Position numbers and translations under genes: made by a program
Assembly: GCA_963761175.1 (NCBI GenBank)
Contig: CAVXFZ010000020.1
Coordinates: forward strand, 16,231 to 80,230
Reading direction: 5' to 3'
DNA length: 64,000 nt
DNA from: an uncultured Actinomycetes bacterium
Lineage (GTDB): Bacteria; Actinomycetota; Acidimicrobiia; IMCC26256; PALSA-610
In this document: piece by piece, positions 19,348-30,500 of the stretch
How the letters are laid out: the number at the start of each line of letters is the position of its first letter
Numbering within the stretch: position 1 is the first letter of the stretch
The notes under the pieces: model-generated
Databases searched by the model: none
The model's input: the letters and a program-made list of their open reading frames with translations, nothing else
Told to the model about the DNA's origin: nothing

Positions 19348-19594
19348 CGGGCAACCGCCCGCAACGCAGCGTCGCCGGCGCGCGCGGTCGCGGTCGACGC
19401 GTCCGGCTCAGCAAGCACCGCCGCCCCCGACGCGGTGTACGCCATGATCCTCCCGCCCTGTTGCTCCCAGCGCTCTCGCGCGCCCCTTCCGGGAGCGGCG
19501 CAATGATTTCCCATCGCTGCTCCCTGGTCAACTGCGACGACCGCCCATTAGCGTCACCCGCGATCGGGAGCTCACGGGGCGGGAGGCAGTTCCC

Positions 19595-21518
19595 ATGATC
19601 GACGTCACCGAACGCACGACCGTGCTGGCCGCGCTGCCGCTCTTCGCCGCGTTCGACCGCGACGAGACCGCAGCCGTGGCCACTCACTGCGACGAGCGGT
19701 CGTGCGAGAAGGGCGACATCCTCTGGCACGCGGGTGATCCCGGGAACGAGTTCGTCGTCGTGGTGTCGGGCGAGCTGTCGGTGTGGCGGGGCGGCGACGA
19801 CGAGGTCGTCGCCCGCATCGGACCCGGCGAGTGTCTCGGCGAGATCGCGCTCCTGCTCGACGCGTCGCGTTCCGCGACAGTGAGCTGCTCGCGCCGCGCC
19901 CGACTCCTGGTGCTCACCGGCTCGAAGTTCCAGGAGCTGCTGCGCAGCGATGCGCGCGCACTCGAGTACGTGTCGCAGCTGCTCGCGCGGCGAGTCGTCG
20001 CAACCACGCGTGCACGCGTCGCCGCGCGGGCTTCGACGACGGTCGGCGTCGTCTCCGAAGACCGCACCGCGGGTGCGTCGCTCGTCGCGCGTGCGCTCGC
20101 GGAGCTCACCGCGGATCTCACCGGTGGGCGCGCGCTGTTGGTGGCGATCGGCGACACCGGCAAGCCGCTCGACGAGGCGTTGCAACGCGGGGCGGAGGCG
20201 ACTCGCGAGCTCATCGAGCGCCGCCCCGAACGGGTTGTCGACCGGCTCGCACTCACCACTCCGGAAGGATCCGACCCCGCCCAGCTGAGCCGGCAGCTCA
20301 CCGAGCTGCTCGGCCACCTCGACGGCGGTCATCGCGTCATCGTTCTCGACTTCGCGCTGCACACCGCCGCCACGAGCGCGCTCGTCGCCGCCGCCTGCGA
20401 CGACGCGGTCGCGGTGTCGTACCGCAACCCGGGGCGCGGCATCCGAGGCCGCCCGCCACTCGCGGGTGCTGCGCGTCGTGAACCGCGCGGACTCGCGCTC
20501 GCGGCCGCTCCCGCTGAACCATTGCGAGCCGTTCGTCGTTCCCGACGAACCGGTCCTGCGCACGGCCCATCCCAACGAGCTCGGGGAACGGCTGCGCGCC
20601 AACCCGCGCCTTCCGGCCACGCGCACCCTGAGCCGGCTGGCGCGCAAGGTCTTGCACTCGACCGTCGGCATCGCGCTGGGCGGCGGCGCGGCATTCGGCA
20701 TCTCCCATGTCGGGGTGCTCGAGACGCTCGACGCCGCCGGGATCCCCGTCGACCTGATCGCGGGCACGAGCATGGGATCGATCGTCGGGCTCGGCTACGC
20801 GGGCGGCCTCTTCGGCGCCGACATGCACGAGATCTCGAATCGTCTGAGCAACCTGCCGACTGCGCTCGGCGCGCTCGATGTGTCGATCTCGGGACTCGGG
20901 CTCATGTCGGGGCGGCGCATGGTGAAGACGTTCTCGAAGCTGCTGCCTATCGACACGTTCGAGGAACTGGTGCTCCCGTACCTCGCGGTCGCGACCGACC
21001 TGCGCACCGGCCACGCTACCCGCATCGGGACCGGCCGCCTCGACGACGCCTTTCGCGCGAGCAGCTCGATCCCGTTGCTCTTCGCGCCGGCGGAGCGCGA
21101 CGGCCAGATGCTCGTCGACGGCGCCATGGTCGATCCCGTGCCGGCCGATGTCGCGCGCGAGATGGGCGCCGACCTCGTCATCGCGGTCAACGTCGTCCCG
21201 CAGCTCGACCCCGAGGTCCGCACGCCGCTGTCGAACGCGTTCGGGCGCCTGAACCGGCTCAACCCGCTCGCCTACCTGAACGGAACGGTCAACGCGCCGC
21301 ACATCATCGACGTGCTCATGAACACGCTGACCGCGACGCAGTACGAGCTCGGCAACTTCAAGGCCCTCACGGCCGACGTCTTGGTGAACGTCGACCTCGC
21401 CGACTTCACCTGGATCGACTTCCTCGCGGCACCGGAGATCGTCGAGCGAGGCACGCGCGCGGCGACGGCCGCGCTCCCCGCGATTCGCGCGATGTACGAG
21501 GAGCGGCTCGCGGGCTGA
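19595..21518 (+). CDS. cyclic-nucleotide-binding / patatin-like phospholipase (NTE-type) protein. The frame is broken near 20430-20470 (alternatively two adjacent genes).
   Basis: N-terminal cNMP-binding domain (NEFVVVVSGELSV..GPGECLGEIALL..SRSATV) from ATG 19595. Patatin motifs GGGAAFGISHVG, GTSMGS and DGAMVDPVP lie in the next frame (ORF 20466..21518). The first frame continues only as Arg-rich junk. Confidence 0.75.
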
Positions 21519-21540
21519 AACGGCTCGTACCACGACGGTG

Positions 21541-22938
21541 TCAGTCGGGGTCGGGCGCGGCCTTCTCGAGCTCCGCGACCGCGGCACTCACGTAGCCGAC
21601 GAGGGCCGGAAGGTCGGGTTCGAGATCGGGGCAACTGAGGAACCCGAAGCCGACCTGGTCGAGGTAGCTGACCACGGTGATGTTCAGGCCGACGCCCTCG
21701 ATGAGCGGGCCCATCGGGAACATCTCGGTGACGCGACCACCTGCGATCCACAGCGGGAACTCCGTGCCGCGCACGTTGGAGATGAGCACGTTCGCGACGG
21801 GCGGTACGTAGTCGGCCAACCGCAACCCGGAGACGAGCTGCATGCCGGCCTCGGCGACGCGCGGCGGAACCGCACCCGCGAGCGTCGAGAGCAACTGCCG
21901 TCCGTTCTGCTCGTAGAACTGCTTCGCGACCTCGGCCGACCGCTTCGTCGCCTCGACCCGCGCAACCGGATCGTCGATGTGCACGGGAAGCCCGTAGAAC
22001 ATCGAAGAGAACCGGTTGCCGCCCGGCGCGTCGTCGAGCTCGCGTTCGGACACCGGGACGGCCGCGACGAGACTGCGGTTCGGCAACTCGCCGCGATCGG
22101 CGAGATAGAGGCGCAGCACACCGGTGCACACCGCGGTGAACAGGTCGTTGAGCGTCGAGCCGTACGCGCGTCGCAACTGCTTGAGGCGCGAGAGCTCGAC
22201 CGAGGTGAACTCGACGGCGCGCCGCGCCGACGGCAGGTGGCGGTTCCACGCGAGCCGCGGCGCGGTGAGCGGCAACGCGAGGTCGGCCCGTCCGACCGAC
22301 GACAACGAGCGCGCGACGACGGTGCCGATCTGTGGCACCGACCGCAGGAACGAACCGGCCCAGCGCGCGCCGCCGACGATCGTCTCCTCGACCCGAGCCG
22401 CGGTGTCGAGGGGCGGCTCCGGGACGTGGCGGGGCAGATCGAGCGGGGCGGCGTGCGGCTCGAGATCGAAGAACCCGGCCAGCGTGCCGAACCCCGACGT
22501 GCCGTCGATGACGGAGTGATGCACCTTGCAGATGACCGCGGTGCGGCCGCCTTCGAGGTGCTCGACGAACCACATCTCCCAGAGCGGCCGGTCGCGCCGC
22601 ATCGGGCGGCCGGCGATCGCACCGGCGGCCTTGCCGAGCGCCTGCAGGTCGGCGGGCGGATCGAGGATCACCTGATGGATGTGCGCGTCGACCGCGAGGT
22701 CGGCCTCGTCCTCCCACACGGGGAGCGCGAGGCCGGGGAGCATGCGGAGTCGGCGGCAGAGCGGCGGGACGAGCGGCAGCCGCTCCGCGACGCGATCGCG
22801 CGCGACCTGGTAGTGCTCGCCCGGTTTGATCGCGGGATCCGGATCGATGATCAGGACCGCGAGAACGTTGAGTTGTTGCTCCGGCGTCTCGATCGACAGC
22901 AAGGCTGCGTCGAGGGCCGAGAGTCGCGCGGTACCCAC
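21541..22938 (-). CDS. wax ester synthase/diacylglycerol acyltransferase (WS/DGAT), second copy
   Basis: HHSVIDG active-site motif, N-terminal LSALDAALLSIE. 465 aa. Confidence 0.9.
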   Translation of the reverse strand: MGTARLSALDAALLSIETPEQQLNVLAVLIIDPDPAIKPGEHYQVARDRVAERLPLVPPLCRRLRMLPGLALPVWEDEADLAVDAHIHQVILDPPADLQALGKAAGAIAGRPMRRDRPLWEMWFVEHLEGGRTAVICKVHHSVIDGTSGFGTLAGFFDLEPHAAPLDLPRHVPEPPLDTAARVEETIVGGARWAGSFLRSVPQIGTVVARSLSSVGRADLALPLTAPRLAWNRHLPSARRAVEFTSVELSRLKQLRRAYGSTLNDLFTAVCTGVLRLYLADRGELPNRSLVAAVPVSERELDDAPGGNRFSSMFYGLPVHIDDPVARVEATKRSAEVAKQFYEQNGRQLLSTLAGAVPPRVAEAGMQLVSGLRLADYVPPVANVLISNVRGTEFPLWIAGGRVTEMFPMGPLIEGVGLNITVVSYLDQVGFGFLSCPDLEPDLPALVGYVSAAVAELEKAAPDPD

Positions 22939-23016
22939 CGGGCCGGAAGCCTACGGACACGCGGCACTCGCGGCAATCGCGCCCACGGTCAGAGGCGGCC
23001 GCGGTTCAGGCGCCGG

Positions 23017-25272
23017 TCACTCCTCGGGGCGCAAGGACGAGACGCTGAGCGCGCCACGGACCCGGTCGACGGTTCCGGCGGAGTGAGAGAGGCGCCGGCA
23101 CGTCAGCATCGACTCCTTCCACAGCTCGCGTGCGTCGTCGACCGTCGGCTCCACCGGGCCGAACACCGACGCGTCGACGCGCGACGCGAAGTCGCCGAGG
23201 CCGTCGTTCATCCAGGTGATCGCGAGCTCGCGCCGGGTCGCGTCCGGTGGCACGGGGCGACCGAGGTCGCGGAGATGGTCGACGACCTCGTCCCATCCGG
23301 CCGAGATCAGCAGCGCCGGCGTCTCGGCCCGGCGGCGCCGCACCCGCCGGCGGCGCTTCGTCACGAGGATGAGAAGGACGGGCACCGCGAAGAGCAGGAG
23401 CAGCAGAGTGACGGCACCGGCGGCGGCGAAGACGTAGGCGAGATCCCGCCCGCCCGGCGTCGGCTTGCGCTTCGTCGTGCGAGTCGGGTTCTGCGTGCGC
23501 GTCTCGGCCGATCCGACCGCGCCACTGTTCGCGGCGACCTCCGAGTGCGGCGGCTGCGGCGGTTGCTGCGGGCCCGTGACCCGCTGCTTCGGCAGCGGAT
23601 GCGGCGGCGGACGGCGGGACGCGGCGGGGGTGACGTCGTAGGCGACCCAGCCCTGACCGGCGACGGGAATCTCCACCCACGCTTCGACGTCGCCGTAGCG
23701 GTACTGCGCTTGGTTCGGTTCGAGCGTGAGCCCGAGCACGACGCGCGCCGGGATCGCGCGAGCACGCAGCAGGATGGCTGCGGCCGCCGCGTACTGCTCC
23801 GCGTCACCCACCGGCTGTGGATCACGCAGGAACGCGTTGATGCGCGCGAGGAAGTGCCCGGGCGGCGTGTCGTCGGTCGGACCGTCGTCGTAATAGCCCT
23901 TGCGGAACGCGGCCGCGATCGCGGCGGCCTGATCCTGCGCGTTGCTCGCACTCTTCACGATCTCGCCGGCCTTGTCGGCGAAACCGGTGAAGATCGCGGG
24001 TTCGGCAATGGCGGGCTGCGGTGCGATCTCGAGACCGTCGACCGACGGGCGCTTCGGATCGACGGTCGTACGGAGCGTGAAGGAGTCGCCGCGCTGCAGT
24101 CCTCCCGGCACCGCCGCGGTCGCCTGCGCGACGTTGTAACGAAGGTTCGACGCGAGCCGAGTCGCGTTCGGCCCCGCGAAGTCGATTCCGAGCGGCTGAC
24201 CGGCGGTCGGCAGCCATGGGCCCTGCAATCCCTGGATCGTCACCTTCAGGTTCTCGACCGTGCCCTCGCCCCCGCCCGGTAGTTGAGAACCCGCGCGGCG
24301 GAACGCGTCGAGGTCGCCGTTGTCGGCGACGCGCCACACGAGACCGTCGTAGTCGTCCATCACCGCGATGCGCAGGCGCGTCGGTACCCTCACGCCGTCG
24401 ACCTTCAACAGCGGCGTCGACTGCTTGCCCGTCGCGCGGTACTTGCGGAATCCCGCGAGTGGGCTCGGATACTGCGTCGGGTCGAACGGCGACTGGACGC
24501 GATCACGCAGCACGTAGCGCCGGCCGCCGTCGACGAACGGGACGTGACCACCGAGCGCGCCGGCGCCGACCGTGACGACCGCGAGCAGCGCAACGGTCGC
24601 ACCGACGCCTCGTCCTCGCGCGAGCACGCGAGGTCGGGTTCCGCCGCGCCGCACGAGGCCGAGCACGGTCTGCGACCGGCGGAAGAGGACGCCGGCCCAC
24701 AACAGCAACCCGGCGACGAGGAGCCCCGCCTCCACGTACAACGAGCCTGGGTGATCGGTGCCGACGAGCACACCGAGACCGAGCAGCGCGATCGGCGGTA
24801 CCGCGGCCAGGAACGACACGCGAGGCGCGCGCAACAGCAACATCGACGCCGACGCACCGAGGAAACCGCACACGTAGGGAACCGCGAGGACGTGGCCGAT
24901 GTTGCCGACCGGCGGCAGCGTCGTGACGAGCGTCCGCCATCCGTGCACGCTCCCGCTGAACACGGACCCGACGTGCTCGGGGGTCGGCACGAAACTGCTC
25001 GCACCCTCGCCGCGCACCGTCGCGAGCGGGCCGACTACCCCGAACGCGACCACCGCACCCGCGACTCGCGCCCAGATGTTGATCCGCAACGACGAGACCC
25101 AGACCCAGTAGGCAGTCGCGAGGAGGGTCCCGCCCGCGCCCGCCACGAAGAACGCGGTACCGGAGAACGCGGCGCGGAAGCCGGTGAGCGCGAGGAGATT
25201 CGCGGCGACGACCGCAAACACGTCGCCGCGATCGACCTGGTTGCGCCGCGCGGGCGCGAGCACCGTGCTCAC
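23017..25272 (-). CDS. polytopic membrane protein with a transglutaminase-like core whose catalytic residues are substituted
   Basis: GTG 25272 overlaps the DUF58 stop (GTGA). About six N-terminal TM helices. The core GDAEQYAAAAAILLRARAIPARVV..GDVEAWVEIPVAGQGWVAYDVTP aligns to the G-x-C-E-x-F-A / HAW-x-E / D-P-T pattern with Ala for Cys and Glu for His. One further TM helix lies near the C-terminus. Confidence 0.8.
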   Translation of the reverse strand: MSTVLAPARRNQVDRGDVFAVVAANLLALTGFRAAFSGTAFFVAGAGGTLLATAYWVWVSSLRINIWARVAGAVVAFGVVGPLATVRGEGASSFVPTPEHVGSVFSGSVHGWRTLVTTLPPVGNIGHVLAVPYVCGFLGASASMLLLRAPRVSFLAAVPPIALLGLGVLVGTDHPGSLYVEAGLLVAGLLLWAGVLFRRSQTVLGLVRRGGTRPRVLARGRGVGATVALLAVVTVGAGALGGHVPFVDGGRRYVLRDRVQSPFDPTQYPSPLAGFRKYRATGKQSTPLLKVDGVRVPTRLRIAVMDDYDGLVWRVADNGDLDAFRRAGSQLPGGGEGTVENLKVTIQGLQGPWLPTAGQPLGIDFAGPNATRLASNLRYNVAQATAAVPGGLQRGDSFTLRTTVDPKRPSVDGLEIAPQPAIAEPAIFTGFADKAGEIVKSASNAQDQAAAIAAAFRKGYYDDGPTDDTPPGHFLARINAFLRDPQPVGDAEQYAAAAAILLRARAIPARVVLGLTLEPNQAQYRYGDVEAWVEIPVAGQGWVAYDVTPAASRRPPPHPLPKQRVTGPQQPPQPPHSEVAANSGAVGSAETRTQNPTRTTKRKPTPGGRDLAYVFAAAGAVTLLLLLFAVPVLLILVTKRRRRVRRRRAETPALLISAGWDEVVDHLRDLGRPVPPDATRRELAITWMNDGLGDFASRVDASVFGPVEPTVDDARELWKESMLTCRRLSHSAGTVDRVRGALSVSSLRPEE

Positions 25273-26490
25273 AATCCACCCGCCGATCGCAGCAGCGGCT
25301 CGAGCTCGTCGAGGCGGCCGGCGTCGATCACGGTGGTGACGCCCACCGGCGCGCACTGCGACACGTCGCCCTCGCGCGCGGATCGACACCACGCGGGTGC
25401 CCGGCGGGAACTGCTCGGCCGCGAGCCGCAGCACGTGCACGTCGACCCGCGATCCGGTCACGAGCACGATCACGCTCGCGGCGCGGAGGCGTCCGCGGCT
25501 CTCCATCACCGTGTCGGCGATGCTCCGGGCGCTGGAGCTCATCTCGACGCGGCAGAGCCCGTCGAGGAACGTCGACGCGTCGATGGCGGGGACCTCGTCG
25601 GGGCCGGCGATACACGACACTGACTGGCGGTCGCGCAGCCCCCGTGCACCGAGCGAGGCGGCGATCGAGACGGCGAGCTCGAACTCGTCGTCGCCGGCGT
25701 ACTCGTGACGCGCGGTCGCGATCACGACGGCCAGCTCCCAGCGGCGAGTGTCGATGTACTGGCGCACCATCAGCTTCCCGACGCGCACCGACGTCCGCCA
25801 GTGAACGTGCCGGCGATCGTCGCCGGGTTCGTACTCGCGCAGGGTGTGCAGCTCGACGTCGCTCGCGGAGATGTCGTTCGTGCTCAGGCCCTCGAGGTCG
25901 CGGATCCAGCCGGAACCGATGCCGCCCAGCGCCACGGTGCGCGGGTGCACGAAGAGCTCGACGCTGCGAGTCCATGCCACCTCGCGCCGCATCAGGCCGA
26001 GCGGGTCGCCGCGCACCGAGCTCACGGGGCCGACCGCGACGACGCCGCGCCGCGTCGTCGGGATCTCGAACTCCTCGCGGTGTGCGCTGCCGATCGCGAG
26101 CGAGGGCACGTCGGCGCGCACGACGGCGCCGCCGACCGGCGCCTCGAGCCGGAACGGGAGGATCCGGCGGCCGGTGTCGTTGGTCGCCTCGATCGACCCC
26201 TCGGCGCTCTGACCGGCGACGACACGCGCGGGCTCGAGGGCGATCGCCACCGCGATCCGGTCGCGGCCGAGCATGAACAGCGACGCGATCACGAGGACCA
26301 CCGCGCAACCGGCGACGACCGCGCCGAACTCGACCCAGTGCAGCCGCCACGCGACGAACCACGCGACGAGGGCGAACGCCGCGACCATGCGACCGAAGCG
26401 CGTCGTGAGCGCGCCGACGCGTCGAAGCTGTTCGGCGACGCGCGCCAACCGGCGAGCGAGACGCGTGCGGAGGGCCACCGCGGGAACCAC
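25269..26490 (-). CDS. DUF58 (vWA-like) protein. The frame is broken in a CG repeat near 25372-25380.
   Basis: DUF58 signature LREYEPGDDRRHVHWRTSVRVGKLMVRQY. GTG 26490 lies 9 nt after the moxR stop. The plausible C-terminus EGDVSQCAPVGVTTVIDAGRLDELEPLLRSAGGL-stop is one base out of frame with the body. Confidence 0.8.
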
Positions 26491-26498
26491 GAGCAGTC

Positions 26499-27467
26499 CT
26501 ACGACTCGGCTCGTGCGCGGGGCGGCGCGACGTCCATCAGTGTCCGCGCGATCACCTGCTCGGGCGTGACGCGTGCGAACTCGGCCTCGGGCGTGAGCAA
26601 GAGGCGGTGCGCGAGCACCGGCTGCGCGAGCTCTTTCACGTCGTCGGGAACGACATAGGTGCGACCGTGCGCGACTGCCCACGTCTTCGCGCCCCGCACG
26701 AGGGCGAGGCTCCCACGCATGCTCACGCCGAGCTTCACGTCGGAGGCGCGGCGGGTCTCCTCCGCGAGCAGGTTCACGTACCCGAGAATCGCGGCGTCGA
26801 CGTTCACCTCGGTTGCGATCCGGGCCATGTCGATGACGGCCTGCGAACCGATGAGCTCGGTCACGTGGGAGGCGCGGTCGCGGTTCGAGGCGTCGGCGAG
26901 CAGCGTGACCGCGGTGTGATGATCGGGATAGCCCAGGCTCATCCGCATCAGGAACCGGTCGATCTGCGCTTCCGGGAGTCGGTAGGTGCCGGCCTGCTCG
27001 ATCGGGTTCTGCGTCGCGATCACCATGAACGGTTCGCCGACCGGATAGCCGACGCCGTCGACGGTGACAACGCCCTCCTCCATCACCTCGAGCAGTGCCG
27101 ACTGCGTCTTCGGCGAGGCGCGGTTGATCTCGTCCGCGAGCACGATCGTCGCGAACACCGGCCCCTTGTGGAACTCGAACGCGCCGGAGCGTTGGTTGTA
27201 GATCGTCACACCGGTGACGTCGCTCGGCAACAGGTCGGGGGTGAACTGGATCCGGCTGTGCGAACCCTTCACGGTGTTGGCGATCGCCTTCGCCAGCGAC
27301 GTCTTCCCGGTACCCGGCACGTCCTCGATGAGGAGGTGACCGTCGGAGAGCAGGCAGGTGAGCGCGAGCATCACCGCGTTGCGCTTCCCCAGGATCGCGC
27401 CCTCGACATTGGTGGCGAGCTTGTCGAACGCTTCGGCGAACCAACTCGCTTGTTCGTTGGTGATCAT
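26499..27467 (-). CDS. moxR: MoxR-type AAA+ ATPase
   Basis: Walker A VPGTGKTSLAKA, Walker B VLADEINRASPKTQSALLEVMEE, QNPIEQAGTYRLPEAQIDRF. AGGAG lies upstream of ATG 27467. Confidence 0.95.
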   Translation of the reverse strand: MITNEQASWFAEAFDKLATNVEGAILGKRNAVMLALTCLLSDGHLLIEDVPGTGKTSLAKAIANTVKGSHSRIQFTPDLLPSDVTGVTIYNQRSGAFEFHKGPVFATIVLADEINRASPKTQSALLEVMEEGVVTVDGVGYPVGEPFMVIATQNPIEQAGTYRLPEAQIDRFLMRMSLGYPDHHTAVTLLADASNRDRASHVTELIGSQAVIDMARIATEVNVDAAILGYVNLLAEETRRASDVKLGVSMRGSLALVRGAKTWAVAHGRTYVVPDDVKELAQPVLAHRLLLTPEAEFARVTPEQVIARTLMDVAPPRARAES

Positions 27468-27518
27468 CGAGCTCCTACGAGACGGATGAGACCCGCCGGG
27501 CCGATCCCGGCCCGACGG

Positions 27519-30500
27519 TCATGGCCAGACATAGTCGGACGACTGATACATGCCCGCGCTGCCGCTCAGCACGGCGTAGACGGTGCGGCCGGACACCGCG
27601 TTCGCGCAGTATCCGGTGGACGACCATGACGGTCCGGTGATGGTGATCGGCTGGTTGATGCCATAGTCGCCGCTGGTGCGATCGAAGCACTGCAACGTGT
27701 ACGAACCGACGGGGATCCCGGTCTCGCTGAAGCTCCACCACCGGCACGCGGGATCGCCCCCGCACTCCGTCGGTGGCGTCGCGGCACCGGCCGCCACCGT
27801 GAAGGTCACCGGTGCGGGTCCGGTCGTCGCGCAGCCGTGCTGCGACTCCGGACCCATGACATCGAGGTTGTTGACCGCGATCACCGTGACGCAGTACAGC
27901 GTGTCGTACGCGGCGTAGTCAGCCTGCACGGTCGTCGCGGTGACGTTGCCGATGCGCGCGACGACGTAGTACTGGATGCCGCAGCCGCCGCAGCCGTCGC
28001 TCGGCGGCGCCCAACTCCACGTGATCGTGAGCCCGTCGGCGACACCCGTGGGCTTCGCCACCTGACCCGGCGCGCCGTTCGGCGTTGCCGACACCGACTG
28101 CGAATTCGTCTCGCAGAACCGGCGGGTCGGGACGCTCGCCGGTACCGCACAGGAGACGACCGTGAACTGGTAGCTCTGCCCGACAGTGAGGCTCGCGGGC
28201 GTCGACCAGCCGCTCGTGATCTCGATGGGAGCACTGACGTCGAGTCCGGGCACTGCCGGGGTCACCGCGGTGAGGAACACCTTCGACTGCAGATCGGCCG
28301 GACTCCCCGGGGCGAGCTTGCCGGGCGTGAAGGTGAGCGAGAGCTGCTGCGCGGCGTTCGCCGTCGCGGCGAGGCCGGTGACGGCCGACGGCGGCCCGTA
28401 CGTGGTGAACGACACGGTCGCGCTCACGTACCTCGCGCAGCTCGACAGCGCGCCGTGACACGCGCGCGCGACCAGCGTGTTCGCGACCCCGATCCGGATC
28501 TGGTACGTGTGACCCTGACTCGGGTTCGAGAAGTTGTAGAAGCCCGGATTCGCGGCCGGGTGCGGCGTGCCGCCGTCGATCATCACGAAGTACTGCAGGT
28601 TCGCGGGGTCGTCACCGCCCGTCGCCGCGGTGTCGGCCGACGAGCTGGGCGTCGACCACGACACGTCGACCGAGTCGTTCACGTTGAGGCTCTCACTCAC
28701 GACCGGCGTCGCAATCGAAGTGGGAACTCCGAGCGGCCGCGCCACCGGTGTCGTCACCCCGTCGGACTGTTCGTTCGACGCGTTCCGCGTCCTGATCGTG
28801 AACGCGTACGGCGCGCCCGTCGTGAGCCCGGTGATCCGGGTGCCCGCCGCCGGTGCCGCCACGCTCGCCCGGAGATGCGAACCGTCGTAGATGTCGTAGT
28901 AGCGGATCGCGCTCCCCGAGTAGCGGATCGGCGGCGTCCAGGAGAGATCGATCGTCGTGGGCGAGGTGAGGTCGAAGGTCGCGCTCGCGCTCGCGACGGC
29001 GGGCGGGGCGACGTCGTAGTGCTGCGACCGCGACGCCGGCCCCCACGGTCCGGGCTCCCCGAAGACATCGACCGCGCGGACCCGGAACGAGTAGGCCTGC
29101 GCGAACGAGAGCCCGGAGAACGCGGAACGCGGTCCGCTGCCGGCGCAGGTGCGGTCGGCGCGATCACCGCCCGACCAGTTCACCTGGTAGTGGTCGATCG
29201 CCGCACCGCGCGGGAACGCCGGGCCCGACGACCAGTCGAGCGCGAAGTACGACGTGTTCGTCGACGCATCGGTACGCGCGCTCACGCTGGGTGCGACCGT
29301 CGGCCGCGTCGGCGAGCCGTAGACGGACACGCTGACGGTCGCGACCACCCGCCGCGCGGTCTCGCCGGTCGCGTCGCCGACCGTGACGAAGATCTGCGTG
29401 CTCCCGGTGAAGGAACCGCTCGGCGCAAAGCGCAGCAGGCCGCCGACAGTCGTGTCCCAGGTGACAGTGCCGGCCGAATGGCTCACCGATGCGGTGACGA
29501 TGTGAAGCCCCTTGCGCGCCGGGTCCGTGACGTGTGCGAGCACGTCGATGGTGTGCGCGCCCGACCCCTGCTTGAACGGTCCGGCCGTGAAGCTCGCTGC
29601 CTGCGGCAGCGGCGGTTCCGTGACGCGGATCTGGAAGAGCGCGGCGCGCGACACGAGCCGGCCGTTCGTGGCGCGCAGCACGACCGAACCAGTGCGACCC
29701 GACGCGTCGAACGAGGCACCGACGTCGAGGGTGTTCCCGCTCAGCGCTGCGGTCACGCCGGCCGGAAGCTGCTTGCCGAGGAGCTCGAAACGCTCTTTAC
29801 CGGTCGGCGCCTTGTTCCCGACGAGGTGCGCGGGGAGCGACACCAACACGTGCTGGCCCGGGAGCACCGAGATCTCGCTGCCCTCGAGCACCGGCGGCTG
29901 GTTGCCGCTCACCGTCACGAAGAAGATGCCCTCCGCCGACTGGGTCCCGTCGGTCACCTGGTACACGACCGAGCCGTAGCCGGGAGCGTTCGCCGCCGGC
30001 GTGAACGTGACGCGCCGGCCGGAATCGACCCGCGCGGTGCCCCAGCGCGACCCGACGATCGTCGTGACGCGCAGGCTCGTGCCCGGCGCGTGCGTGTCGT
30101 TCGCGGTGACGTCGACGGTGACGGGGTGCCCGACGCTCGTCGTGGCGTTGTCGGTGACGGCCACGGGCGGCGCGTCCTTCGGGTTCCCCACCGCCATCTG
30201 CACGAACGCGCACGAGGAACTGTGCTCAGGGTTCTCGATGCAGTACGACACGAGCCGCGACCGCGTGCCCACAGGGACAACGATCGAGTCTCCGGCGACG
30301 GTGTAGTTCCGGTTGAACGACGGCAGGATCGTGAGCTGGTCGCGGCCGTACGCGGGATCGGAGTCGTTCTCGAGCACGGGGACACGCACGGACGCCTGCG
30401 GATCGGGAGACCGCACACCGGGGACGATGTCGTCGACCGCCACGGGGACGTCGAGTGCCGTGTGGTCGACCGTGACGATCACCTGCCCGAGGAACGGCGA

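Noticed and set aside
23017-27444. A 1475-aa ORF in the track that looks like one giant protein.
   Set aside because: It is a composite. Its first roughly 320 codons are an Arg-rich out-of-frame read through moxR (26499-27467). The body of the DUF58 gene follows, then a junk linker created by the DUF58 frame break, then the transglutaminase-like gene, which has its own GTG start at 25272.
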